From the human T2T-CHM13v2.0 reference genome, Homo sapiens: a stretch of DNA of 64,000 bases. Position 1 is the first letter of the stretch. Every line of letters begins with the position of its first letter. Positions 1 through 11,700 of this stretch are shown one piece after another. The position numbers and the translations under genes are program-made. The stretch lies in NCBI RefSeq assembly GCF_009914755.1, contig NC_060942.1, one strand, 5' to 3'. The notes below the pieces were generated by a model. The model was not told the DNA's origin. It searched no databases and was given only the letters and a program-made list of their open reading frames with translations.

Positions 1-132
1 CAGAAGCATTCTCAGAAACTAGTTTCTGATGTGTGTCCTCAACTAACACAGTTGAACATTTCTTTAGACAGAACAGTTTTGAAACACTCTTTTTGTGGAA
101 TCTGCAAGTGGCTATTTGGCTAGATTTGAGGA

Positions 133-149
133 TTTCGTTGGAAACGGGA
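133..149 (+). promoter_or_regulatory. CENP-B box, monomer A (representative; recurs at the same offset in each HOR)
   Basis: TTTCGTTGGAAACGGGA matches the consensus YTTCGTTGGAARCGGGA. Confidence 0.97.
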
Positions 150-299
150 TTACATATAAAAAGCAGACAGCAGCATTCTCAGAAAGTTCTTTGTGATGAT
201 TGCATTCAAGTCACAGAATTGAACATTCCCTTTCACAGAGCAGGTTTGAAACACTCTTTTTGTAGTGTGTGTAAGTGGACATTTGGAGCACTTTCCGGC

Positions 300-316
300 C
301 TAAGGTGAAAAAGGAA
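300..316 (+). promoter_or_regulatory. pJalpha-box-like motif in A-type monomer B (related motifs in D, F, H, J, L)
   Basis: CTAAGGTGAAAAAGGAA lies at the position homologous to the CENP-B box and is close to the pJalpha motif CTAYGGTGRAAAAGGAA. Confidence 0.7.
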
Positions 317-470
317 ATATCTTCCCATAAAAACTAGACAGAAGCATTCTCAGAAACTTACTCGTGATGTGTGTCCTCAACTAAAGGAGTAGAACCTTTC
401 TTTTCATAGAGAAGTTTTGAAACGCTCTTTTTGTGGAATCTGCAAGTGGATATTTGGCTAGTTTTGAGGA

Positions 471-487
471 TTTCGTTGGAAGCGGGA
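471..487 (+). promoter_or_regulatory. CENP-B box, monomer C (identical box in monomer G, e.g. 1146-1162)
   Basis: TTTCGTTGGAAGCGGGA is a full consensus match and overlaps the EcoRI site. Confidence 0.97.
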
Positions 488-808
488 ATTCATACAAATT
501 GCAGACTGCAGCGTTCTGAGAAACATCTTTGTGATGTTTGTATTCAGGACACAGAGTTGAACATTCCCTATCATAGAGCAGGTTTGAATCACTCCTTTTG
601 TAGTATCTGGAAGTGGACATTTGGAGCGCTTTCAGGCCTATGTTGGAAAAGGAAATATCTTCCCATAACAACTAGACAGAAGCATTCTCAGAAACTTATT
701 TGAGATGTGTGTACTCAACTAAGAGAATTGAACCACCGTTTTGAAGGAGCAGTTTTGAAACACTCTTTTTCTGGAATCTGCAAGTGGATATTTGGCTAGC
801 TTTGGGGA

Positions 809-825
809 TTTCGCTGGAAGCGGGA
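809..825 (+). promoter_or_regulatory. CENP-B box variant, monomer E
   Basis: TTTCGCTGGAAGCGGGA differs at one non-essential position. The core nTTCGnnnnAnnCGGGn is intact. Confidence 0.85.
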
Positions 826-2158
826 ATACATATTAAAAGCACACAGCAGCGTTCTGAGAAACTGCTTTCTGATGTTTGCATTCAAGTCAAAAGTTGAACA
901 CTCCCTTTCATAGAGCAGTCCTGAAACACTCCTTTTGTAGTATCTGGAACTGGACTTTTGGAGCGCTTTCAGGGCTAAGGTGAAAAAGGAAATATCTTCC
1001 CATAAAAACTGGACAGAAGCATTCTCAGAAACTTGTTTATGCTGTATCTACTCAACTAACAAAGTTGAACCTTTCTTTTGATAGAGCAGTTTTGAAATGC
1101 TCTTTTTGTGGAATCTGCAAGTGGATATTTGGCTAGTTTTGAGGATTTCGTTGGAAGCGGGAATTCATACAAATTGCAGACTGCAGCGTTCTGAGAAACA
1201 TCTTTGTGATGTTTGTATTCAGGACACAGAGTTGAACATTCCCTATCATAGAGCAGGTTTGAATCACTCCTTTTGTAGTATCTGGAAGTGGACATTTGGA
1301 GCGCTTTCAGGCCTATGTTGGAAAAGGAAATATCTTCCCATAACAACTAGACAGAAGCATTCTCAGAAACTTATTTGAGATGTGTGTACTCAACTAAGAG
1401 AATTGAACCACCGTTTTGAAGGAGCAGTTTTGAAACACTCTTTTTCTGGAATCTGCAAGTGGATATTTGGCTAGCTTTGGGGATTTCGCTGGAAGCGGGA
1501 ATACATATAAAAAGCACACAGCAGCGTTCTGAGAAACTGCTTTCTGATGTTTGCATTCAAGTCAAAAGTTGAACACTCCCTTTCATAGAGCAGTCCTGAA
1601 ACACTCCTTTTGTAGTATCTGGAACTGGACTTTTGGAGCGCTTTCAGGGCTAAGGTGAAAAAGGAAATATCTTCCCATAAAAACTGGACAGAAGCATTCT
1701 CAGAAACTTGTTTATGCTGTATCTACTCAACTAACAAAGTTGAACCTTTCTTTTGATAGAGCAGTTTTGAAATGCTCTTTTTGTGGAATCTGCAAGTGGA
1801 TATTTGGCTAGTTTTGAGGATTTCGTTGGAAGCGGGAATTCATACAAATTGCAGACTGCAGCGTTCTGAGAAACATCTTTGTGATGTTTGTATTCAGGAC
1901 AGAGAGTTGAACATTCCCTATCATAGAGCAGGTTGGAATCACTCCTTTTGTAGTATCTGGAAGTGGACATTTGGAGCGCTTTCAGGCCTATGTTGAAAAA
2001 GGAAATATCTTCCCATAACAACTAGACACAAGCATTCTCAGAAACTTGTTTGTGATGTGTGCCCTCTACTGACAGAGTTGAACCTTTCTTTTCATAGAGC
2101 AGTTTTGAAACACTCTTTTTGTAGAATCTGCAAGAGGATATTTGCATAGCTTTGAGGA

Positions 2159-2175
2159 TTTCGTGGGAAACGGGA
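2159..2175 (+). promoter_or_regulatory. CENP-B box variant, monomer I
   Basis: TTTCGTGGGAAACGGGA; the nine core bases are intact. Confidence 0.85.
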
Positions 2176-2500
2176 TTGTCTTCAGGTAAAATCTAGACAG
2201 AAGCATTCTCAGAAACTTCTTTGGGATGTTTGCATTCAAGTCACAGAGCAGAACATTCCCTTTGGTAGAGCAGGTTTGAAACACTCTTTTTGTAGTATCT
2301 GGAAGTGGACATTTGGAGCGCTTTCAGGCCTATGTTGGAAAGGGAAATATCTTCCCGTAACAACTAGGCAGAAGCATTCTCAGAAACTTATTTGAGATGT
2401 GTGTACTCAACTAAGAGAATTGAACCACCGTTTTGAAGGAGCAGTTTTGAAACACTCTTTTTCTGGAATCTGCAAGAGGATATTTGCCTAGCCTTGAGGA

Positions 2501-2517
2501 TTTCGTTGGAAACGGGA
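2501..2517 (+). promoter_or_regulatory. CENP-B box, monomer K
   Basis: TTTCGTTGGAAACGGGA is a full consensus match. Confidence 0.95.
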
Positions 2518-2710
2518 TTGTCTTCAGATCAAATCTAGACAGAAGCATTCTCAGAAACTTCTTTGGGATGTTTGCATTCATGTCACAGAGTAGAACATTC
2601 CCTTTGGTAGAGCAGGTTTGAAACACTCTTTTTTAAGTATATGGAAGTGGACATTTGGAGCGCTTTCAGGCCTACGTTGGAAAAGGAAATATCTTCCCAT
2701 AACAACTAGA

Positions 2711-5700
2711 CAGAAGCATTCTCAGAAACTAGTTTCTGATGTGTGTCCTCAACTAACACAGTTGAACATTTCTTTAGACAGAACAGTTTTGAAACACTCT
2801 TTTTGTGGAATCTGCAAGTGGCTATTTGGCTAGATTTGAGGATTTCGTTGGAAACGGGATTACATATAAAAAGCAGACAGCAGCATTCTCAGAAAGTTCT
2901 TTGTGATGATTGCATTCAAGTCACAGAATTGAACATTCCCTTTCACAGAGCAGGTTTGAAACACTCTTTTTGTAGTGTGTGTAAGTGGACATTTGGAGCA
3001 CTTTCCGGCCTAAGGTGAAAAAGGAAATATCTTCCCATAAAAACTAGACAGAAGCATTCTCAGAAACTTACTCGTGATGTGTGTCCTCAACTAAAGGAGT
3101 AGAACCTTTCTTTTCATAGAGAAGTTTTGAAACGCTCTTTTTGTGGAATCTGCAAGTGGATATTTGGCTAGTTTTGAGGATTTCGTTGGAAGCGGGAATT
3201 CATACAAATTGCAGACTGCAGCGTTCTGAGAAACATCTTTGTGATGTTTGTATTCAGGACACAGAGTTGAACATTCCCTATCATAGAGCAGGTTTGAATC
3301 ACTCCTTTTGTAGTATCTGGAAGTGGACATTTGGAGCGCTTTCAGGCCTATGTTGGAAAAGGAAATATCTTCCCATAACAACTAGACAGAAGCATTCTCA
3401 GAAACTTATTTGAGATGTGTGTACTCAACTAAGAGAATTGAACCACCGTTTTGAAGGAGCAGTTTTGAAACACTCTTTTTCTGGAATCTGCAAGTGGATA
3501 TTTGGCTAGCTTTGGGGATTTCGCTGGAAGCGGGAATACATATAAAAAGCACACAGCAGCGTTCTGAGAAACTGCTTTCTGATGTTTGCATTCAAGTCAA
3601 AAGTTGAACACTCCCTTTCATAGAGCAGTCTTGAAACACCCCTTTTGTAGTATCTGGAACTGGACTTTTGGAGCGCTTTCAGGGCTAAGGTGAAAAAGGA
3701 AATATCTTCCCATAAAAACTGGACAGAAGCATTCTCAGAAACTTGTTTATGCTGTATCTACTCAACTAACAAAGTTGAACCTTTCTTTTGATAGAGCAGT
3801 TTTGAAATGCTCTTTTTGTGGAATCTGCAAGTGGATATTTGGCTAGTTTTGAGGATTTCGTTGGAAGCGGGAATTCATACAAATTGCAGACTGCAGCGTT
3901 CTGAGAAACATCTTTGTGATGTTTGTATTCAGGACAGAGAGTTGAACATTCCCTATCATAGAGCAGGTTGGAATCACTCCTTTTGTAGTATCTGGAAGTG
4001 GAGATTTGGAGCACTTTCAGGCCTATGTTGAAAAAGGAAATATCTTCCCATAACAACTAGACACAAGCATTCTCAGAAACTTGTTTGTGATGTGTGCCCT
4101 CTACTGACAGAGTTGAACCTTTCTTTTCATAGAGCAGTTTTGAAACACTCTTTTTGTAGAATCTGCAAGAGGATATTTGCATAGCTTTGAGGATTTCGTG
4201 GGAAACGGGATTGTCTTCAGGTAAAATCTAGACAGAAGCATTCTCAGAAACTTCTTTGGGATGTTTGCATTCAAGTCACAGAGCAGAACATTCCCTTTGG
4301 TAGAGCAGGTTTGAAACACTCTTTTTGTAGTATCTGGAAGTGGACATTTGGAGCGCTTTCAGGCCTATGTTGGAAAGGGAAATATCTTCCCGTAACAACT
4401 AGGCAGAAGCATTCTCAGAAACTTATTTGAGATGTGTGTACTCAACTAAGAGAATTGAACCACCGTTTTGAAGGAGCAGTTTTGAAACACTCTTTTTCTG
4501 GAATCTGCAAGAGGATATTTGCCTAGCCTTGAGGATTTCGTTGGAAACGGGATTGTCTTCAGATCAAATCTAGACAGAAGCATTCTCAGAAACTTCTTTG
4601 GGATGTTTGCATTCATGTCACAGAGTAGAACATTCCCTTTGGTAGAGCAGGTTTGAAACACTCTTTTTTAAGTATATGGAAGTGGACATTTGGAGCGCTT
4701 TCAGGCCTACGTTGGAAAAGGAAATATCTTCCCATAACAACTAGACAGAAGCATTCTCAGAAACTAGTTTCTGATGTGTGTCCTCAACTAACACAGTTGA
4801 ACATTTCTTTAGACAGAACAGTTTTGAAACACTCTTTTTGTGGAATCTGCAAGTGGCTATTTGGCTAGATTTGAGGATTTCGTTGGAAACGGGATTACGT
4901 ATAAAAAGCAGACAGCAGCATTCTCAGAAAGTTCTTTGTGATGATTGCATTCAAGTCACAGAATTGAACATTCCCTTTCACAGAGCAGGTTTGAAACACT
5001 CTTTTTGTAGTGTGTGTAAGTGGACATTTGGAGCACTTTCCGGCCTAAGGTGAAAAAGGAAATATCTTCCCATAAAAACTAGACAGAAGCATTCTCAGAA
5101 ACTTACTCGTGATGTGTGTCCTCAACTAAAGGAGTAGAACCTTTCTTTTCATAGAGAAGTTTTGAAACGCTCTTTTTGTGGAATCTGCAAGTGGATATTT
5201 GGCTAGTTTTGAGGATTTCGTTGGAAGCGGGAATTCATACAAATTGCAGACTGCAGCGTTCTGAGAAACATCTTTGTGATGTTTGTATTCAGGACACAGA
5301 GTTGAACATTCCCTATCATAGAGCAGGTTTGAATCACTCCTTTTGTAGTATCTGGAAGTGGACATTTGGAGCGCTTTCAGGCCTATGTTGGAAAAGGAAA
5401 TATCTTCCCATAACAACTAGACAGAAGCATTCTCAGAAACTTATTTGAGATGTGTGTACTCAACTAAGAGAATTGAACCACCGTTTTGAAGGAGCAGTTT
5501 TGAAACACTCTTTTTCTGGAATCTGCAAGTGGATATTTGGCTAGCTTTGGGGATTTCGCTGGAAGCGGGAATACATATAAAAAGCACACAGCAGCGTTCT
5601 GAGAAACTGCTTTCTGATGTTTGCATTCAAGTCAAAAGTTGAACACTCCCTTTCATAGAGCAGTCCTGAAACACTCCTTTTGTAGTATCTGGAACTGGAC

Positions 5701-8700
5701 TTTTGGAGCGCTTTCAGGGCTAAGGTGAAAAAGGAAATATCTTCCCATAAAAACTGGACAGAAGCATTCTCAGAAACTTGTTTATGCTGTATCTACTCAA
5801 CTAACAAAGTTGAACCTTTCTTTTGATAGAGCAGTTTTGAAATGCTCTTTTTGTGGAATCTGCAAGTGGATATTTGGCTAGTTTTGAGGATTTCGTTGGA
5901 AGCGGGAATTCATACAAATTGCAGACTGCAGCGTTCTGAGAAACATCTTTGTGATGTTTGTATTCAGGACAGAGAGTTGAACATTCCCTATCATAGAGCA
6001 GGTTGGAATCACTCCTTTTGTAGTATCTGGAAGTGGACATTTGGAGCGCTTTCAGGCCTATGTTGAAAAAGGAAATATCTTCCCATAACAACTAGACACA
6101 AGCATTCTCAGAAACTTGTTTGTGTTGTGTGCCCTCTACTGACAGAGTTGAACCTTTCTTTTCATAGAGCAGTTTTGAAACACTCTTTTTGTAGAATCTG
6201 CAAGAGGATATTTGCATAGCTTTGAGGATTTCGTGGGAAACGGGATTGTCTTCAGGTAAAATCTAGACAGAAGCATTCTCAGAAACTTCTTTGGGATGTT
6301 TGCATTCAAGTCACAGAGCAGAACATTCCCTTTGGTAGAGCAGGTTTGAAACACTCTTTTTGTAGTATCTGGAAGTGGACATTTGGAGCGCTTTCAGGCC
6401 TATGTTGGAAAGGGAAATATCTTCCCGTAACAACTAGGCAGAAGCATTCTCAGAAACTTATTTGAGATGTGTGTACTCAACTAAGAGAATTGAACCACCG
6501 TTTTGAAGGAGCAGTTTTGAAACACTCTTTTTCTGGAATCTGCAAGAGGATATTTGCCTAGCCTTGAGGATTTCGTTGGAAACGGGATTGTCTTCAGATC
6601 AAATCTAGACAGAAGCATTCTCAGAAACTTCTTTGGGATGTTTGCATTCAAGTCACAGAGTAGAACATTCCCTTTGGTAGAGCAGGTTTGAAACACTCTT
6701 TTTTTAGTATATGGAAGTGGACATTTGGAGCGCTTTCAGGCCTACGTTGGAAAAGGAAATATCTTCCCATAACAACTAGACAGAAGCATTCTCAGAAACT
6801 AGTTTCTGATGTGTGTCCTCAACTAACACAGTTGAACATTTCTTTAGACAGAACAGTTTTGAAACACTCTTTTTGTGGAATCTGCAAGTGGCTATTTGGC
6901 TAGATTTGAGGATTTCGTTGGAAACGGGATTACATATAAAAAGCAGACAGCAGCATTCTCAGAAAGTTCTTTGTGATGATTGCATTCAAGTCACAGAATT
7001 GAACATTCCCTTTCACAGAGCAGGTTTGAAACACTCTTTTTGTAGTGTGTGTAAGTGGACATTTGGAGCACTTTCCGGCCTAAGGTGAAAAAGGAAATAT
7101 CTTCCCATAAAAACTAGACAGAAGCATTCTCAGAAACTTACTCGTGATGTGTGTCCTCAACTAAAGGAGTAGAACCTTTCTTTTCATAGAGAAGTTTTGA
7201 AACGCTCTTTTTGTGGAATCTGCAAGTGGATATTTGGCTAGTTTTGAGGATTTCGTTGGAAGCGGGAATTCATACAAATTGCAGACTGCAGCGTTCTGAG
7301 AAACATCTTTGTGATGTTTGTATTCAGGACACAGAGTTGAACATTCCCTATCATAGAGCAGGTTTGAATCACTCCTTTTGTAGTATCTGGAAGTGGACAT
7401 TTGGAGCGCTTTCAGGCCTATGTTGGAAAAGGAAATATCTTCCCATAACAACTAGACAGAAGCATTCTCAGAAACTTATTTGAGATGTGTGTACTCAACT
7501 AAGAGAATTGAACCACCGTTTTGAAGGAGCAGTTTTGAAACACTCTTTTTCTGGAATCTGCAAGTGGATATTTGGCTAGCTTTGGGGATTTCGCTGGAAG
7601 CGGGAATACATATAAAAAGCACACAGCAGCGTTCTGAGAAACTGCTTTCTGATGTTTGCATTCAAGTCAAAAGTTGAACACTCCCTTTCATAGAGCAGTC
7701 CTGAAACACCCCTTTTGTAGTATCTGGAACTGGACTTTTGGAGCGCTTTCAGGGCTAAGGTGAAAAAGGAAATATCTTCCCATAAAAACTGGACAGAAGC
7801 ATTCTCAGAAACTTGTTTATGCTGTATCTACTCAACTAACAAAGTTGAACCTTTCTTTTGATAGAGCAGTTTTGAAATGCTCTTTTTGTGGAATCTGCAA
7901 GTGGATATTTGGCTAGTTTTGAGGATTTCGTTGGAAGCGGGAATTCATACAAATTGCAGACTGCAGCGTTCTGAGAAACATCTTTGTGATGTTTGTATTC
8001 AGGACAGAGAGTTGAACATTCCCTATCATAGAGCAGGTTGGAATCACTCCTTTTGTAGTATCTGGAAGTGGACATTTGGAGCGCTTTCAGGCCTATGTTG
8101 AAAAAGGAAATATCTTCCCATAACAACTAGACACAAGCATTCTCAGAAACTTGTTTGTGATGTGTGCCCTCTACTGACAGAGTTGAACCTTTCTTTTCAT
8201 AGAGCAGTTTTGAAACACTCTTTTTGTAGAATCTGCAAGAGGATATTTGCATAGCTTTGAGGATTTCGTGGGAAACGGGATTGTCTTCAGGTAAAATCTA
8301 GACAGAAGCATTCTCAGAAACTTCTTTGGGATGTTTGCATTCAAGTCACAGAGCAGAACATTCCCTTTGGTAGAGCAGGTTTGAAACACTCTTTTTGTAG
8401 TATCTGGAAGTGGACATTTGGAGCGCTTTCAGGCCTATGTTGGAAAGGGAAATATCTTCCCGTAACAACTAGGCAGAAGCATTCTCAGAAACTTATTTGA
8501 GATGTGTGTACTCAACTAAGAGAATTGAACCACCGTTTTGAAGGAGCAGTTTTGAAACACTCTTTTTCTGGAATCTGCAAGAGGATATTTGCCTAGCCTT
8601 GAGGATTTCGTTGGAAACGGGATTGTCTTCAGATCAAATCTAGACAGAAGCATTCTCAGAAACTTCTTTGGGATGTTTGCATTCATGTCACAGAGTAGAA

Positions 8701-11700
8701 CATTCCCTTTGGTAGAGCAGGTTTGAAACACTCTTTTTTAAGTATATGGAAGTGGACATTTGGAGCGCTTTCAGGCCTACGTTGGAAAAGGAAATATCTT
8801 CCCATAACAACTAGACAGAAGCATTCTCAGAAACTAGTTTCTGATGTGTGTCCTCAACTAACACAGTTGAACATTTCTTTAGACAGAACAGTTTTGAAAC
8901 ACTCTTTTTGTGGAATCTGCAAGTGGCTATTTGGCTAGATTTGAGGATTTCGTTGGAAACGGGATTACATATAAAAAGCAGACAGCAGCATTCTCAGAAA
9001 GTTCTTTGTGATGATTGCATTCAAGTCACAGAATTGAACATTCCCTTTCACAGAGCAGGTTTGAAACACTCTTTTTGTAGTGTGTGTAAGTGGACATTTG
9101 GAGCACTTTCCGGCCTAAGGTGAAAAAGGAAATATCTTCCCATAAAAACTAGACAGAAGCATTCTCAGAAACTTACTCGTGATGTGTGTCCTCAACTAAA
9201 GGAGTAGAACCTTTCTTTTCATAGAGAAGTTTTGAAACGCTCTTTTTGTGGAATCTGCAAGTGGATATTTGGCTAGTTTTGAGGATTTCGTTGGAAGCGG
9301 GAATTCATACAAATTGCAGACTGCAGCGTTCTGAGAAACATCTTTGTGATGTTTGTATTCAGGACACAGAGTTGAACATTCCCTATCATAGAGCAGGTTT
9401 GAATCACTCCTTTTGTAGTATCTGGAAGTGGACATTTGGAGCGCTTTCAGGCCTATGTTGGAAAAGGAAATATCTTCCCATAACAACTAGACAGAAGCAT
9501 TCTCAGAAACTTATTTGAGATGTGTGTACTCAACTAAGAGAATTGAACCACCGTTTTGAAGGAGCAGTTTTGAAACACTCTTTTTCTGGAATCTGCAAGT
9601 GGATATTTGGCTAGCTTTGGGGATTTCGCTGGAAGCGGGAATACATATAAAAAGCACACAGCAGCGTTCTGAGAAACTGCTTTCTGATGTTTGCATTCAA
9701 GTCAAAAGTTGAACACTCCCTTTCATAGAGCAGTCCTGAAACACCCCTTTTGTAGTATCTGGAACTGGACTTTTGGAGCGCTTTCAGGGCTAAGGTGAAA
9801 AAGGAAATATCTTCCCATAAAAACTGGACAGAAGCATTCTCAGAAACTTGTTTATGCTGTATCTACTCAACTAACAAAGTTGAACCTTTCTTTTGATAGA
9901 GCAGTTTTGAAATGCTCTTTTTGTGGAATCTGCAAGTGGATATTTGGCTAGTTTTGAGGATTTCGTTGGAAGCGGGAATTCATACAAATTGCAGACTGCA
10001 GCGTTCTGAGAAACATCTTTGTGATGTTTGTATTCAGGACAGAGAGTTGAACATTCCCTATCATAGAGCAGGTTGGAATCACTCCTTTTGTAGTATCTGG
10101 AAGTGGACATTTGGAGCGCTTTCAGGCCTATGTTGAAAAAGGAAATATCTTCCCATAACAACTAGACACAAGCATTCTCAGAAACTTGTTTGTGATGTGT
10201 GCCCTCTACTGACAGAGTTGAACCTTTCTTTTCATAGAGCAGTTTTGAAACACTCTTTTTGTAGAATCTGCAAGAGGATATTTGCATAGCTTTGAGGATT
10301 TCGTGGGAAACGGGATTGTCTTCAGGTAAAATCTAGACAGAAGCATTCTCAGAAACTTCTTTGGGATGTTTGCATTCAAGTCACAGAGCAGAACATTCCC
10401 TTTGGTAGAGCAGGTTTGAAACACTCTTTTTGTAGTATCTGGAAGTGGACATTTGGAGCGCTTTCAGGCCTATGTTGGAAAGGGAAATATCTTCCCGTAA
10501 CAACTAGGCAGAAGCATTCTCAGAAACTTATTTGAGATGTGTGTACTCAACTAAGAGAATTGAACCACCGTTTTGAAGGAGCAGTTTTGAAACACTCTTT
10601 TTCTGGAATCTGCAAGAGGATATTTGCCTAGCCTTGAGGATTTCGTTGGAAACGGGATTGTCTTCAGATCAAATCTAGACAGAAGCATTCTCAGAAACTT
10701 CTTTGGGATGTTTGCATTCATGTCACAGAGTAGAACATTCCCTTTGGTAGAGCAGGTTTGAAACACTCTTTTTTAAGTATATGGAAGTGGACATTTGGAG
10801 CGCTTTCAGGCCTACGTTGGAAAAGGAAATATCTTCCCATAACAACTAGACAGAAGCATTCTCAGAAACTAGTTTCTGATGTGTGTCCTCAACTAACACA
10901 GTTGAACATTTCTTTAGACAGAACAGTTTTGAAACACTCTTTTTGTGGAATCTGCAAGTGGCTATTTGGCTAGATTTGAGGATTTCGTTGGAAACGGGAT
11001 TACATATAAAAAGCAGACAGCAGCATTCTCAGAAAGTTCTTTGTGATGATTGCATTCAAGTCACAGAATTGAACATTCCCTTTCACAGAGCAGGTTTGAA
11101 ACACTCTTTTTGTAGTGTGTGTAAGTGGACATTTGGAGCACTTTCCGGCCTAAGGTGAAAAAGGAAATATCTTCCCATAAAAACTAGACAGAAGCATTCT
11201 CAGAAACTTACTCGTGATGTGTGTCCTCAACTAAAGGAGTAGAACCTTTCTTTTCATAGAGAAGTTTTGAAACGCTCTTTTTGTGGAATCTGCAAGTGGA
11301 TATTTGGCTAGTTTTGAGGATTTCGTTGGAAGCGGGAATTCATACAAATTGCAGACTGCAGCGTTCTGAGAAACATCTTTGTGATGTTTGTATTCAGGAC
11401 ACAGAGTTGAACATTCCCTATCATAGAGCAGGTTTGAATCACTCCTTTTGTAGTATCTGGAAGTGGACATTTGGAGCGCTTTCAGGCCTATGTTGGAAAA
11501 GGAAATATCTTCCCATAACAACTAGACAGAAGCATTCTCAGAAACTTATTTGAGATGTGTGTACTCAACTAAGAGAATTGAACCACCGTTTTGAAGGAGC
11601 AGTTTTGAAACACTCTTTTTCTGGAATCTGCAAGTGGATATTTGGCTAGCTTTGGGGATTTCGCTGGAAGCGGGAATACATATAAAAAGCACACAGCAGC

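Larger units (their letters stand above)
1..2710 (+). repeat. Variant 16-mer HOR (A B C D E F G D E F G H I J K L; 2035+675 bp)
   Basis: Monomer starts are 1, 168, 339, 506, 677, 844, 1014, 1181, 1352, 1519, 1689, 1856, 2027, 2198, 2369, 2540. The monomer at 1181 has D-type diagnostics (GGTTTGAATC, TGTTGGAAAA, ACTAGACAGA) and is followed by a second E-F-G. EcoRI sites at 486, 1161, 1836. Confidence 0.95.

Noticed and set aside
9-17. Short dyad TTCTCAGAA / TTCTGAGAA at most monomer starts (possible hairpin; also fits the STAT-type TTCnnnGAA motif)
   Set aside because: It is a general feature of the alpha-satellite consensus. A 4-bp stem is too weak to support a structure, and the sequence alone gives no evidence for factor binding.
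153-162. TATA-like CATATAAAAA just downstream of CENP-B boxes in monomers A and E
   Set aside because: AT-rich satellite yields such motifs by chance. Centromeric transcription exists, but a promoter cannot be supported from sequence alone.
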